Shown one piece after another: positions 8,932 through 19,047 of a stretch of DNA of 32,000 bases. The position numbers were made by a program, and so were the translations under genes. Source of the DNA: Candidatus Arthromitus sp. SFB-rat-Yit (GTDB lineage Bacteria; Bacillota; Clostridia; Clostridiales; Clostridiaceae). The notes below the pieces were generated by a model. It ran no database searches. It saw only the letters and a list, made by a program, of their open reading frames with translations, and was not told where the DNA came from. Within the stretch, counting starts at the first letter, position 1; every line of letters begins with the position of its first letter. The stretch is taken from contig NC_016012.1 of the NCBI RefSeq assembly GCF_000283555.1, positions 1,290,001 through 1,322,000 of the forward strand, in the 5' to 3' direction.

Positions 8932-10002
8932 ATGAAAATATCAATAGATGGACGGTCTGCAATATTTTATAATAACAATGGCATAGGTAATTACTCATCA
9001 GAAATAATAAATACTATGCTCAAAATAAATAAAGGAGATTATATAAAAGTTTTTTCATCAAATACTGATTTCAATAAATTTTCATCTTTTTGGGAATTCT
9101 CAAATTTTCCTATAAAATTAGATAATAAATATAATGTCTTTTTCAATCCTCATAATGGAGTAGGTCTTCCAAATAGGAATTTTGAAAAAATAGTAACCAC
9201 ATTGCACGATATCATACCTTCAAAACTACCAAATACAGTAAGTGAATCCTACTTAAAAGTATATAATGAAAATATATACAAAATCCTCGAAAAAAGTCAT
9301 TATATAATCACCGTATCAAATTTCTCAAAATCAGATATTATTAAAACATTCAATGTAAATGAAAATAAAATATTTGTAACCTACCTATCACCATCTAAAA
9401 TTTATCGCCCTCTAAATCCTAAACTCTCACTATATTTTTTAAATAAAGCTTACAATATAAATTATAATTACATTTTATATGTAGGCGGTTTCAGTCCAAG
9501 AAAAAATATAATAAGACTCATTGATGCATTTTCAAAAGTATATAGCACAAACAAAAAAATTAAACTTATCATAATCGGACAAAAAGGTAAATCATATGAT
9601 GATTATTTAAAACGCTGCATTAAATTAAATATATTAAACAACGTGATTTTTACTAACTTTATCAAAACACCCTATCTTCCACTTTTCTATAACTGTGCAT
9701 CATGTTTTATTTATCCATCATTATATGAAGGATTTGGTCTTCCTCCACTCGAATCTATGGCTTGCGGAACTCCAACTATAGCATCAAACTCAACCTCAAT
9801 ACCCGAAGTTTTAAAAAATGCTCCATTGTATATAAATCCTTATGATGTCGATGATATATCTGAAAAAATAAATTTAGTATTAAATGATACTAAACTTAAA
9901 AAATCTTTAATAGAAAATGGTTTAAAGCATGTCAAAAATTTTTCGTGGGAAAAAACTTCTCTCAAAACCTTAAATATACTTCACAAAACAAAAGAGTGCT
10001 AA
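8932..10002 (+). CDS. Glycosyltransferase, GT-B fold family 4 (CotSA-like)
   Basis: 356 aa. It carries the C-terminal Glycos_transf_1 signature YPSLYEGFGLPPLESMACGTPTIASN. It is divergent from the cotS-family gene. Confidence 0.8.
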   Translation: MKISIDGRSAIFYNNNGIGNYSSEIINTMLKINKGDYIKVFSSNTDFNKFSSFWEFSNFPIKLDNKYNVFFNPHNGVGLPNRNFEKIVTTLHDIIPSKLPNTVSESYLKVYNENIYKILEKSHYIITVSNFSKSDIIKTFNVNENKIFVTYLSPSKIYRPLNPKLSLYFLNKAYNINYNYILYVGGFSPRKNIIRLIDAFSKVYSTNKKIKLIIIGQKGKSYDDYLKRCIKLNILNNVIFTNFIKTPYLPLFYNCASCFIYPSLYEGFGLPPLESMACGTPTIASNSTSIPEVLKNAPLYINPYDVDDISEKINLVLNDTKLKKSLIENGLKHVKNFSWEKTSLKTLNILHKTKEC

Positions 10003-10020
10003 TTTAAATTAGCACTCTTT
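9991..10020. terminator. Bidirectional terminator (perfect 15-bp palindrome) shared by the glycosyltransferase and trxB
   Basis: AAAGAGTGCTAATTT/AAATTAGCACTCTTT is perfectly self-complementary. It overlaps the last codons and stop of the + gene and lies 29 nt beyond the trxB stop. Confidence 0.65.
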
Positions 10021-10048
10021 TCTATATAAATAAATTTAAATCAATAAA

Positions 10049-10960
10049 CTAAACACTTTCTATATATTTTTCAGCCATGATCGATGCAACTGCACCATCA
10101 GATGATGCCGTAACAATTTGTCTTAAAGGTTTTTGTCTTAAATCTCCCGCAACAAACACTCCAGGTACGTTTGTTTTTGTATCTTCCCCTGCTTTAACAT
10201 ACCCTGATTCATCTAAATCAATCTTATCTTTTATAATATCATTTATAGGATCTAATCCAACAAACACAAAACACCCATCTACATTTAATTCACTTTGTTC
10301 GTTTGTAATTTTGTTTCTTATAATCAATTTCTCTAAAACACCATTTCCTTGAGCCTCTTCAACAACACTATTTACTATAAATTCGATTTTCTCATGCTCC
10401 TTCGCTTTATCAAGTAGAGATTTAGCCGCTCTAAACTCATCCCTTCTGTGAATAATCTTTATTGATTTAGCAAACCTTGTAAGAAATAAAGCTTCAGTTA
10501 TCGCAGAATCTCCCCCTCCTATAACAGCTATATCCATGCCTTCAAAAAATGCTCCATCACAAGTAGCACAATAAGATACTCCCATACTCCTAAATTTATT
10601 TTCATTTTTAAATCCAGCAAGTCTTGGTTTCGCTCCCATAGCTAATATAATAGCTTTAGCTTTAAACTCATTTTCATAAGTTTTAACAACTTTTACTTCA
10701 GAATTTAATATCAAATCTTGAACACTCTCTTGTTTTATTTCAACTCCAAAATTTATAGCTTGTTGTTTCATATTATCAGATAAATCTGGTCCTGTTATTT
10801 TAAATACACCTGGATAATTCTCAACCTCATGCGTTGTAGAAGCCTGACCTCCAAAAGACTCTTTTTCAATCAAAAGTGTCTTTAATTTTGCTCTACCAGC
10901 ATAAATAGCCGCAGATAACCCTGCAGGTCCAGCCCCAACAATTATAACATCATACTTCAT
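10049..10960 (-). CDS. trxB: Thioredoxin-disulfide reductase
   Basis: 303 aa. It has the FAD motif [14 protein letters not shown], the redox centre CATCDG and the NADPH motif VIGGGDSA. Confidence 0.9.
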   Translation of the reverse strand: MKYDVIIVGAGPAGLSAAIYAGRAKLKTLLIEKESFGGQASTTHEVENYPGVFKITGPDLSDNMKQQAINFGVEIKQESVQDLILNSEVKVVKTYENEFKAKAIILAMGAKPRLAGFKNENKFRSMGVSYCATCDGAFFEGMDIAVIGGGDSAITEALFLTRFAKSIKIIHRRDEFRAAKSLLDKAKEHEKIEFIVNSVVEEAQGNGVLEKLIIRNKITNEQSELNVDGCFVFVGLDPINDIIKDKIDLDESGYVKAGEDTKTNVPGVFVAGDLRQKPLRQIVTASSDGAVASIMAEKYIESV

Positions 10961-10972
10961 AAATAATCACCC

Positions 10973-11809
10973 CTATACACATTTTACAAAAACGCCTATA
11001 CTTTTACCTCCACTATAGGCACCAACCACACATCCTATATCTATAATATAATATTTGTATTTCTTATTATCAAGATAATTTTTAAAAAGTTCTACCAATT
11101 CATTACAATTAGAGTTCATTATATAAATTTTACTATTTTCGTCTAAATTTCCATTCTCTAAAAATTTAATTAAATACTCTAATATCTTCTTCTTCCTTAT
11201 TATACCTCCTAATAAAACAATTTTCCCATCTATAATTCCAATAACAGGTTTCATACAAATGATCTTAGAAATTTTACCTATCATTTTATTAACTCTTCCT
11301 GACATAAGTAAATTACTTATATCCCTAACTATAGCAATGCTATTTATTTTAGGTATTGTACATTCAATATTTTTACAAATTTCTTCAAACTCATATCCAT
11401 CTTTAACCATTTCAGCTGCCTCAGTAACAATCATCCCAAGTCCACCGCTTAAATTCAAACTATCATAAATAGCTATATCTTGAGTTTCGAGTATATCTTT
11501 TGCAATAAGTGCTGATTGACATGTAAAACTTGATTTACTTGATATGTGTATAGATATAATTTTATATCCCTTTGTTAAATACTTCTCATATACCTCTTTA
11601 AACACATCTGGATTAGGCTGAGATGTAGTGGGAAAATCTTCACATTCTAAAATTATCTTATTTAATTCTTCAAAAGTTATATCAACACCATCTACATAAG
11701 ATTTAGAATCTATATTAACATTTAAAGGAATAACCTCAATATCTAATTTTTCTATAGTATCCTTAGACAAATCACATGTACTATCTGTAATAATTTTTAT
11801 TTTATCCAA
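10973..11809 (-). CDS. DegV family fatty-acid-binding protein
   Basis: 278 aa. It has the IKIITDSTCDL start, TSQPNP and the ISSKSSFTCQSA motif. Confidence 0.9.
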   Translation of the reverse strand: MDKIKIITDSTCDLSKDTIEKLDIEVIPLNVNIDSKSYVDGVDITFEELNKIILECEDFPTTSQPNPDVFKEVYEKYLTKGYKIISIHISSKSSFTCQSALIAKDILETQDIAIYDSLNLSGGLGMIVTEAAEMVKDGYEFEEICKNIECTIPKINSIAIVRDISNLLMSGRVNKMIGKISKIICMKPVIGIIDGKIVLLGGIIRKKKILEYLIKFLENGNLDENSKIYIMNSNCNELVELFKNYLDNKKYKYYIIDIGCVVGAYSGGKSIGVFVKCV

Positions 11810-11821
11810 AATATCCTCCTC

Positions 11822-12292
11822 TTACTTCATACCAGGAAATCCAACCTGCCTTAAGGCTTCGTATAATACTATGTTGGCTGTATTTGCTACATTTAAAGAT
11901 CTAGTTGTGGTATTTATCATCGGAATCCTTATCTTATTTTCATCTTTTATTATATCCATTATTTCCGTGGGTAATCCTCTTGATTCCTTACCAAACAAAA
12001 AACAATCCTCTCTCTTAAATGATACATCCGTGTAAAGTTTTCTTCCCTTAGTTGTGCATATGTAAATATTATGTTCCTTATATTTTTTATAAAAATCATA
12101 AAAGTTTTCATACAAATATAAATCCACATCTACCCAATAATCGAGACCAGCCCTTCTAACACTCTTATCGTCTAACGAAAAATTAAATGGTTTTATTAAA
12201 TGTAATTTTGAATTTGTAAGAACGCACGTTCTTCCTATATTCCCAGTATTTAAAGGTTTTTCAGGCTCAAATAATACTATATTAAAATTCAT
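11822..12292 (-). CDS. trmL: tRNA (cytidine/uridine-34 2'-O)-methyltransferase, SpoU/TrmL type
   Basis: 156 aa. It has LFEPEKPLNTGNIGRTC and the C-terminal knot motif SLNVANTANIVLYEALRQ. Confidence 0.85.
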   Translation of the reverse strand: MNFNIVLFEPEKPLNTGNIGRTCVLTNSKLHLIKPFNFSLDDKSVRRAGLDYWVDVDLYLYENFYDFYKKYKEHNIYICTTKGRKLYTDVSFKREDCFLFGKESRGLPTEIMDIIKDENKIRIPMINTTTRSLNVANTANIVLYEALRQVGFPGMK

Positions 12293-12307
12293 TCTATATC
12301 TCCTCCA

Positions 12308-12345
12308 AACAAATAATAAAGGATTATATATAAAAATATAATCCT
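12308..12345 (-). terminator. Rho-independent terminator after the VanW-family gene
   Basis: The stem AGGATTATAT/ATATAATCCT (12320-12329 pairs with 12336-12345) is followed on the minus strand by TTATTATTT. Confidence 0.6.
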
Positions 12346-12366
12346 CTTTTAAAATTGATATTTAAC

Positions 12367-13770
12367 CTATTTAGTTCCAACTCTTATAATCTTATCTTGT
12401 GGAGCATAATAATCGTTCCAAACATATTTCTTTTCTACAGTTTTCCCAGTACTTTTTTCCTTTGAAACAAGATACACTTTAACTTTGCTTCCATTAACAC
12501 CATTTTTTTGTACAACCTGAGTTCCTTTAGCCAAAGTATTATCATTAACATATTTAGTTGAATAAGCAATCGTTTCCTGATTTTCAGCAACTGTTGAATA
12601 GGTTTTATCTACCGCAGTTACATCCCCATATATAGATATAGTAAGATTTCTTCCTTCTGTTGATACATCAATTAAAATTGGGAAATCATATGTATTTTTA
12701 AACACATAATCAAGACTACCCCAAGCAACAGCAGCATCAAAACCAAGAGGCATATAAGATGTCGGAAGAGAATGATTTCTTCTTTGAGTTGGTAGTATAC
12801 CAGCCCTAACAACAGCTTGATGAAGAGTACTAGAGGTTTGACAAATACCTCCACCTAAACCTGATTCATAAACATTTCCAACTATTATAGCTGCATCTTT
12901 AAATCCTCTTTCTCTAGTTCTTTGTCCAACTGTACTATTAAAACTAAAACTTTCACCTGGTAGAAGTATAGTTCCATTTATAAAATTTGCAGAAAGTTCA
13001 ACATTTGTAGCTCTCTCATTAGATGAGCTTTTATATGAAGTAGAATAAGATGAGATTTTTCCATTTATCTTACCAAGAACATCTGACGTATATTTAGGAT
13101 CTACATTTTTTGTATTTAATTTTACACCATTTCGGAATGCCGAAGATGGATCCACATCCTTTATCATTCTTATAAGTACTTCTTTGTCAATTTCAATACC
13201 GTCATAACTTTCCTGAATAATTATAGGTTGTCCATCTACTATATATACCTCTGAATTAATAGGATTAACATTAAACTTACTTGATAATTTATCATATAAA
13301 CTATCGATTTGATCATCAGAAATATCAAATATTTCGCTTAACTTAATATCTATAGTCTTATGTGGATTTAATATATGATTTACTTTTTTAGTATAAGTTA
13401 ACCCCTCTGAGAAACTAAACGCTTCCTCTATAGCTTTATCATAATCATAAGTTATACCTAATTCATTACCTTGTATGCTTGTACTTTCATCATTTAATTT
13501 AAATTCAACACTACCATTAGTCACGCTACCAGAAAATTTTTCTATTAAAAATTCCTTTAAAGCTGATCTACTTAACCCGCTTACATCTACATTATTTATT
13601 GTTACTCCTTCATAAACTTTTCCTTCCCAGTCATTTACAATACTTGAAATCTTATAATTTATAAAACTAATAGGAAGAGCAATACTTAAAATAATGAAAA
13701 TATTAAATATAACCGATAATATACTTTTTTCTAATCGTAAATTTTTATATGTTCTTAGTATTCTATACAT
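12367..13770 (-). CDS. VanW-family protein with N-terminal TM anchor and C-terminal G5 domain
   Basis: 467 aa. It has the TM helix ILSVIFNIFIILSIALPISFI, the VanW core ...ESGLGGGICQTSSTLHQAVVRAG..., and a G5-like C-terminus ending IIRVGTK. Confidence 0.8.
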   Translation of the reverse strand: MYRILRTYKNLRLEKSILSVIFNIFIILSIALPISFINYKISSIVNDWEGKVYEGVTINNVDVSGLSRSALKEFLIEKFSGSVTNGSVEFKLNDESTSIQGNELGITYDYDKAIEEAFSFSEGLTYTKKVNHILNPHKTIDIKLSEIFDISDDQIDSLYDKLSSKFNVNPINSEVYIVDGQPIIIQESYDGIEIDKEVLIRMIKDVDPSSAFRNGVKLNTKNVDPKYTSDVLGKINGKISSYSTSYKSSSNERATNVELSANFINGTILLPGESFSFNSTVGQRTRERGFKDAAIIVGNVYESGLGGGICQTSSTLHQAVVRAGILPTQRRNHSLPTSYMPLGFDAAVAWGSLDYVFKNTYDFPILIDVSTEGRNLTISIYGDVTAVDKTYSTVAENQETIAYSTKYVNDNTLAKGTQVVQKNGVNGSKVKVYLVSKEKSTGKTVEKKYVWNDYYAPQDKIIRVGTK

Positions 13771-13842
13771 CCTTATACTCCTAGATTTTAAATTAATTTA
13801 CAAATATGTTAGAATCATACCACAAATTAAATTATAATACTA

Positions 13843-13876
13843 TAAAAAAAATACAAACCATAAAATGATTTGTATT
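13843..13876 (-). terminator. Rho-independent terminator after ddl (end of a six-gene operon)
   Basis: The stem AATACAAA..TTTGTATT (13850-13857 pairs with 13869-13876, plus inner pairs) is followed on the minus strand by a T7 run. Confidence 0.65.
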
Positions 13877-13890
13877 AAATATATCTTATA

Positions 13891-14784
13891 TTAATTAATT
13901 GAACTTTCTATTATATTGTCTACTAATGATTTAAAATCTAATCCTGCAAGTCTACCCATTTTGGGAAATAGACTTCCTTCTGTCATACCTGGTAAAGTAT
14001 TTATCTCAAGAAAATATGGAATCCCATCTTTTAAAATAAAATCTATTCTCGAATAAATCCTGCAATTTAAAACATCATAACATTTTTTTGAAATTTCTTT
14101 AATCATTCTATCTAAATCTTCCGAAAGCTCTATAGGTTCTTCAATACTTGTATTATCATATTTAGATATATAGTTAAAAAACTCATGATTTTGAGGAATT
14201 ATTTTAAATATCGGAAGTGCTTCACCATTTAATATCCCACAAGTTATTTCTTGTCCTTCTATGAATTCTTCAATCAATAATTTATCATCATAGCCAAATG
14301 ACTCTTTCACATTTTTTAATAATTCATCCATAGTTTCACATTTAACGATACCAACGCTAGATCCTCCAAAATTCGGCTTCACAATAATTGGAAAAGTTAA
14401 ATCTATATTACATAAATCATACTTCTTATCTACAATAATTCCCCTTGGCATTTGTACAGCATAATCACTTAAAACTTTCTTAACTAAATATTTATTCATA
14501 CATAATGAACTTGTTGAAAAATCAGATCCATTATATTTAATGCCCATAGAATCTAAAATACTTTGAACTTGTCCATCTTCACCAAATTTCCCATGAAGTG
14601 CAATAAATACAAAATCTAATCCCTTACATTTGAATATATCCTCTTTTTTATTTAAAAATATTTCCACAACATTATATTTCTCTTCATCAAGTATATTAAT
14701 TATTTGTTTCCCTGTATTTATAGAAACTTCTCGTTCAGATGATATACCACCATATAAAACACCTAATTTCATTTTTCTACTCAT
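13891..14784 (-). CDS. ddl: D-alanine--D-alanine ligase
   Basis: 297 aa. It has MKLGVLYGGISSEREVS, an ATP-grasp core and ...FLEINTLPGMT. Confidence 0.9.
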   Translation of the reverse strand: MSRKMKLGVLYGGISSEREVSINTGKQIINILDEEKYNVVEIFLNKKEDIFKCKGLDFVFIALHGKFGEDGQVQSILDSMGIKYNGSDFSTSSLCMNKYLVKKVLSDYAVQMPRGIIVDKKYDLCNIDLTFPIIVKPNFGGSSVGIVKCETMDELLKNVKESFGYDDKLLIEEFIEGQEITCGILNGEALPIFKIIPQNHEFFNYISKYDNTSIEEPIELSEDLDRMIKEISKKCYDVLNCRIYSRIDFILKDGIPYFLEINTLPGMTEGSLFPKMGRLAGLDFKSLVDNIIESSIN

Positions 14785-14795
14785 ACATGCTCTCC

Positions 14796-15425
14796 TTAAT
14801 TATTTTGTTTGTAATACTTACAATATTCTTTTATTTTACATTCTCCACAATTAGGTTTTCTTGATGTACAGCACCTCCTACCATGAAAAATAATTGTATG
14901 GTGACAAATTGTCCATAAACTCTCATCAATATTTTTCATAAGTTCTAACTCTGTTTGCTCCGGTGTTTTTGAATTAGCTATACCTATCCTATTAGACACT
15001 CTAAACACATGTACATCTACAGCAAAAGCCTGAACCCCAAAACAGTTAGATATAACAACATTTGCCGTTTTACGACCTACACCAGGTAAAGTTATTAATT
15101 CATCCCTAGTTTTTGGAACCTCGCCATTAAACTCTTCTTTTAAAATCTTACATAAATTTATGATATTTTTACTCTTCGTTCTATATAACCCAATACATTT
15201 TATCTTATCTTTAAGCTTTTCCTCATCTAAGTTCAAAAAATCTTCTAGCTTAGGATATTCTGAAAATAAACTATTTGTAACCTCATTTACTTTTTTATCT
15301 GTAGTTTGAGCAGATAAAACTGTAGCTATAAGTAATTGAAATGGACTTTCATATTCAAGTTCACACTTAGCATCAGGGTAACTTTCAATCAATTTATCCA
15401 CTATAATCTTAAACTTCTTCCTCAT
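14796..15425 (-). CDS. nth: Endonuclease III
   Basis: 209 aa. It has the HhH-GPD motif LPGVGRKTANVV and the C-terminal cluster CTSRKPNCGECKIKEYC (Cx6Cx2Cx5C). Its start overlaps the end of plsC by 17 nt, with GAGGGG upstream. Confidence 0.9.
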   Translation of the reverse strand: MRKKFKIIVDKLIESYPDAKCELEYESPFQLLIATVLSAQTTDKKVNEVTNSLFSEYPKLEDFLNLDEEKLKDKIKCIGLYRTKSKNIINLCKILKEEFNGEVPKTRDELITLPGVGRKTANVVISNCFGVQAFAVDVHVFRVSNRIGIANSKTPEQTELELMKNIDESLWTICHHTIIFHGRRCCTSRKPNCGECKIKEYCKYYKQNN

Positions 15426-16143
15426 ATACCCCTCTATACTCTCTGGGAAGCATGCTTGATATCTTACTCATTAATGTATTTATAAACCTTTCTTCAAACT
15501 CTTCCTTAGTTTCAGTTTTAATCTTTTCCGGTATATTTATCTTATCCCCAATGCTAACATATACATCTGCATTATTAAAAGTTTCATTATTCATATTACC
15601 CTCCTTATCTATTGGCATAAATTTCTCACTTCCATAAATGGCAATAGGGACAATTGGAACTTTACATAGTTTTGCTATTAAATAAATACCTTTTTTCGCT
15701 TTTATCATTTTCCCATTACGACTTCGTGTACCTTCTGGGAAAATCAAAATATTATTTCCATTTCTAACATGTTTTACCAAATTAGAAATTGCACTCTTAT
15801 CAGGAGAAGAAGGAGTTATTTGTATATTTTTTACTATTTTACATCCTAAATTTGTCATCGGGTCTTGTGTTAATTTAACTCCCATTATAAAAGTTACATC
15901 TTGATTTTTTAATACCTTATTCAATATAAGCCCATCTGCATTACTCAAATGATTACAAATAAAAATAACAGGTGCCTTTATTACTCTAAGTTTCTCTTCT
16001 CCTATAATTCTTAATCTTGCATACTTATTTATGTACCTATCTATACCAAAATTTATTATTTTATTCATAATACTCTCAGGTATTATTTTTTCTAAAAACA
16101 ATATTATATTTACCAAAATTTTCATAAGAGATATTTTTTTCAT
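15409..16143 (-). CDS. plsC: 1-acyl-sn-glycerol-3-phosphate acyltransferase
   Basis: 244 aa. It has the HX4D motif NHLSNADG and the FPEGTRS motif. Confidence 0.8.
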   Translation of the reverse strand: MKKISLMKILVNIILFLEKIIPESIMNKIINFGIDRYINKYARLRIIGEEKLRVIKAPVIFICNHLSNADGLILNKVLKNQDVTFIMGVKLTQDPMTNLGCKIVKNIQITPSSPDKSAISNLVKHVRNGNNILIFPEGTRSRNGKMIKAKKGIYLIAKLCKVPIVPIAIYGSEKFMPIDKEGNMNNETFNNADVYVSIGDKINIPEKIKTETKEEFEERFINTLMSKISSMLPREYRGVYEEEV

Positions 16144-16146
16144 TAT

Positions 16147-17157
16147 CTATTCCTCAAAATTATTATATAAAAATAAGTTTTTATAATTATTTAACTCCTC
16201 ATTATTCTCAAGAGATAAACTGTGCAAAAACTCTTTGTTATTCATATTTCTAATCAAAGAATTCCTTTTTAAAATTTTTTTCCCTCTCCAAGAACATGCG
16301 AGTTTCTTAAAATTATTCTTAAAAAAACTATTATCCATATTTACAATATCTTCATCACTTATATTCTCAATGAATTTTAAGGTATCAAATTCATCTATAA
16401 AAGAATACTTTATATTTTTATTTTTAATGCATTCATCTTGACATATATCACACCCAAAAATCATGTTATTTAATTTATTCATCTCATACATGCTCAATTT
16501 CTTCTGCTGTGTTAAATTGGACACACATAATCTAAAATTCTTGTCAAATAATATTTTATTTGGACACTTATATAAACATTTTTTGCATATGCCACATTCT
16601 CTAAATAATGATATGTCATCAAACTTTTTTTTATAATATTCATAAGAATTTTTAACACTTAATTTAGCGTTTGTTATGATTTCTCCTAAAAAAACATACG
16701 ATCCATATTCACTTGTATAAATCAAACTATTTCTACCAATATGTCCAATGCCGCACAAATAAGCTATATATCTTTCTGGCAAATTATTAGTATCACAAAA
16801 TAATTTAAATTCATATCCGCTCATTTCTATAAAATAAGCTATTTTTTCTAAATATGATAAAACCACTTTATGATAATCCTCTCCCTGCGTGTACTTAGAA
16901 AATTTTTGGTTATAAGTACTATATTCTCTATAATAAGGTATAGCAATAGAAATTATTGTTTCCCCATTTTCTAAATATAAAAAAGGATTTATTCTACTAT
17001 CTATATCTCTATTTTCAAATTCTGTTAAATCTCCATTTTCACTCTTGAATTTTAAATAATCATATAATTCTATAAATTTTCTACACTCAGTAAAACCATA
17101 CAAAATACCTAAAAAATTCATATAATCTACGAGTGTTTCCCTAAGCTTATTATCCAT
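16147..17157 (-). CDS. queG: tRNA epoxyqueuosine(34) reductase
   Basis: 336 aa. It has two ferredoxin-type Cys clusters (CGICKKCLYKCP and CDICQDEC) in the QueG arrangement and an N-terminal DUF1730-like region. Confidence 0.8.
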   Translation of the reverse strand: MDNKLRETLVDYMNFLGILYGFTECRKFIELYDYLKFKSENGDLTEFENRDIDSRINPFLYLENGETIISIAIPYYREYSTYNQKFSKYTQGEDYHKVVLSYLEKIAYFIEMSGYEFKLFCDTNNLPERYIAYLCGIGHIGRNSLIYTSEYGSYVFLGEIITNAKLSVKNSYEYYKKKFDDISLFRECGICKKCLYKCPNKILFDKNFRLCVSNLTQQKKLSMYEMNKLNNMIFGCDICQDECIKNKNIKYSFIDEFDTLKFIENISDEDIVNMDNSFFKNNFKKLACSWRGKKILKRNSLIRNMNNKEFLHSLSLENNEELNNYKNLFLYNNFEE

Positions 17158-17172
17158 TTTATTATAATTAAT

Positions 17173-18429
17173 CTAAATCCTCAAAAATTCCTTTGTTAAT
17201 ATATCGTGTATAAATAATGACCCCATTAATTTACCACATCTATGTATAACCGGAATAGTAATTAAATTATATTTTAGAAAAACTCCTATTACTGATTCTA
17301 AATCATCATCATCATATACAGATATAAATTCTTTATCCATTATTTCAAACACATTAATGTTTCTATCTAAAAATATTAAGGATCTAAAATCAACTACTCC
17401 TTTTAAAATATTATTTTCATCGAGTATATAAATATTATATAAATACTGCTCTCTAACATTAGTGCTTTTTACAATATCAATTATTTCACCAAGTTTTAAA
17501 TTTATATTAAAACTTATAAACTCAGTATTCATTATACTTCCAACCTTATTTTCATCATAAGACATTATATTTTTTATATCATCAATATCACTTTTTTCCA
17601 AATTTATAAGTATTCTTTCCTTTAATGACTCATCAACCTTCTCTAAAATATCGACAAGCTCGTAATTTGGAATATAATTAAGTATACTTATTACCTTAGA
17701 GTCGCTCAAATTTTTTATTATGTCAATTCTCATATCCAAATCTTCCATCTCTTCTAATATTTCACTTGCTAAATTATCATTAAAGCTTTCAAATAATTTT
17801 TTTCTATTATTATCATCTAAATCCTCTAGAATTTCAACAATATCAGCAGGATGCATTTTACATAATTTAGACTGAGGTACAGATATAAGTAATCCATTTT
17901 CAATAAACTGAATCGACTCCATATCCTCCCATTTTATGACCGTATCCTCAAGATTTTTAAACATTTTATTTATAAATTTTTTAATAAATTTAGGAACATA
18001 TTTTATATTGTATTTCCTCAGAAATGTTGTAACCCCACTCTCAATAGCAACAACTCTAAGTTCATTTCCTATACTAGCCATATGAACATCTATTATTTTA
18101 ACAACCTTTTTCCCATTTATATCTATAATTTGTTTGTTCAATATTTCTTTAGAAAGCCTATATTTATAACTCTTAGGTATTATATTAAACACTCCAGATA
18201 CTTTAATTATGATACTTCTCCTATATTTATAAAATTTTATCTGTCTAAACTCGTAGTAAAAATCCTCTCCATCCCTTAAAACTTTATATCCAATAGATAT
18301 AGGATATCCTCTCTCAGTTGAAATATAAATATCCTTTAGTTTCCCTAAAGTATCTCCAAATTCATCATAAATTTTCTTATTCAAAATATTCCTAAAATAA
18401 ACTAAATTAAGTTTCTCCAATAAAATCAC
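17173..18429 (-). CDS. Soluble PRC-barrel / MgtE-N / CBS-pair protein (no MgtE membrane domain)
   Basis: 418 aa. The MgtE_N signature is MHPADIVEILEDLDDNNRKKLFESF...ASEILEEMEDLD...ELVDILEKV. It is followed by a CBS pair (VGSIMNTEFISF...; VFEIMDKEFISV...). No hydrophobic helices are visible. Confidence 0.8.
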   Translation of the reverse strand: MILLEKLNLVYFRNILNKKIYDEFGDTLGKLKDIYISTERGYPISIGYKVLRDGEDFYYEFRQIKFYKYRRSIIIKVSGVFNIIPKSYKYRLSKEILNKQIIDINGKKVVKIIDVHMASIGNELRVVAIESGVTTFLRKYNIKYVPKFIKKFINKMFKNLEDTVIKWEDMESIQFIENGLLISVPQSKLCKMHPADIVEILEDLDDNNRKKLFESFNDNLASEILEEMEDLDMRIDIIKNLSDSKVISILNYIPNYELVDILEKVDESLKERILINLEKSDIDDIKNIMSYDENKVGSIMNTEFISFNINLKLGEIIDIVKSTNVREQYLYNIYILDENNILKGVVDFRSLIFLDRNINVFEIMDKEFISVYDDDDLESVIGVFLKYNLITIPVIHRCGKLMGSLFIHDILTKEFLRI

Positions 18430-18445
18430 TCCATATAAATCGTTT

Positions 18446-18847
18446 TTATTTTAAATCAATAATACTTGAATTACCTTTAGGGGAATATATACTCAAAAAT
18501 TTATGTTTAAAATCAGTATCTAAATTAAGCAACAACTCCTGTTCAATTTCAAGTTTTATAAAGTCCCAATTTATAATCTCACATAAAACATCACACTTCA
18601 TTTTTACATATCTCAAATAACATTGTTGAACTTTACAAATGGACTCAAGTAACACATCTATTATACATCCTAATTCCTCAACTTGTTTTATAGCTCTTCT
18701 CTTCTTCCTCTTAGATATTAAAACATTTAGGTTGATGTCATTCAAAGTTGATACTAAATTTCTATAATTTATAACATAAACATCAAGCATTTTTAACAAA
18801 TTTGCTAAATCATTATGATAAATATCTATAGCACTTTTATAAGACAT
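18446..18847 (-). CDS. Hypothetical helical protein, first gene of the operon
   Basis: 133 aa ORF that is tightly packed, ending 16 nt upstream of the next gene. It is Cys-containing and helical, with a basic KRKKRR patch. I recognise no family. Confidence 0.5.
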   Translation of the reverse strand: MSYKSAIDIYHNDLANLLKMLDVYVINYRNLVSTLNDINLNVLISKRKKRRAIKQVEELGCIIDVLLESICKVQQCYLRYVKMKCDVLCEIINWDFIKLEIEQELLLNLDTDFKHKFLSIYSPKGNSSIIDLK

Positions 18848-19047
18848 AAGCTCAAATAATCCTTTAATACTGTTGAATCTAAAGTATTATATTAATCCTA
18901 ACATGTAAATGTGATATAAAACTCTATAGTAATATAACTCAATTAAATAAAATTATATATGTATTTACTCATATATTTACATAATAATTTTATTTAAGAT
19001 AATACTAATCTAAATAACAATTAAACATATGGAGGATAAATTTAAAA

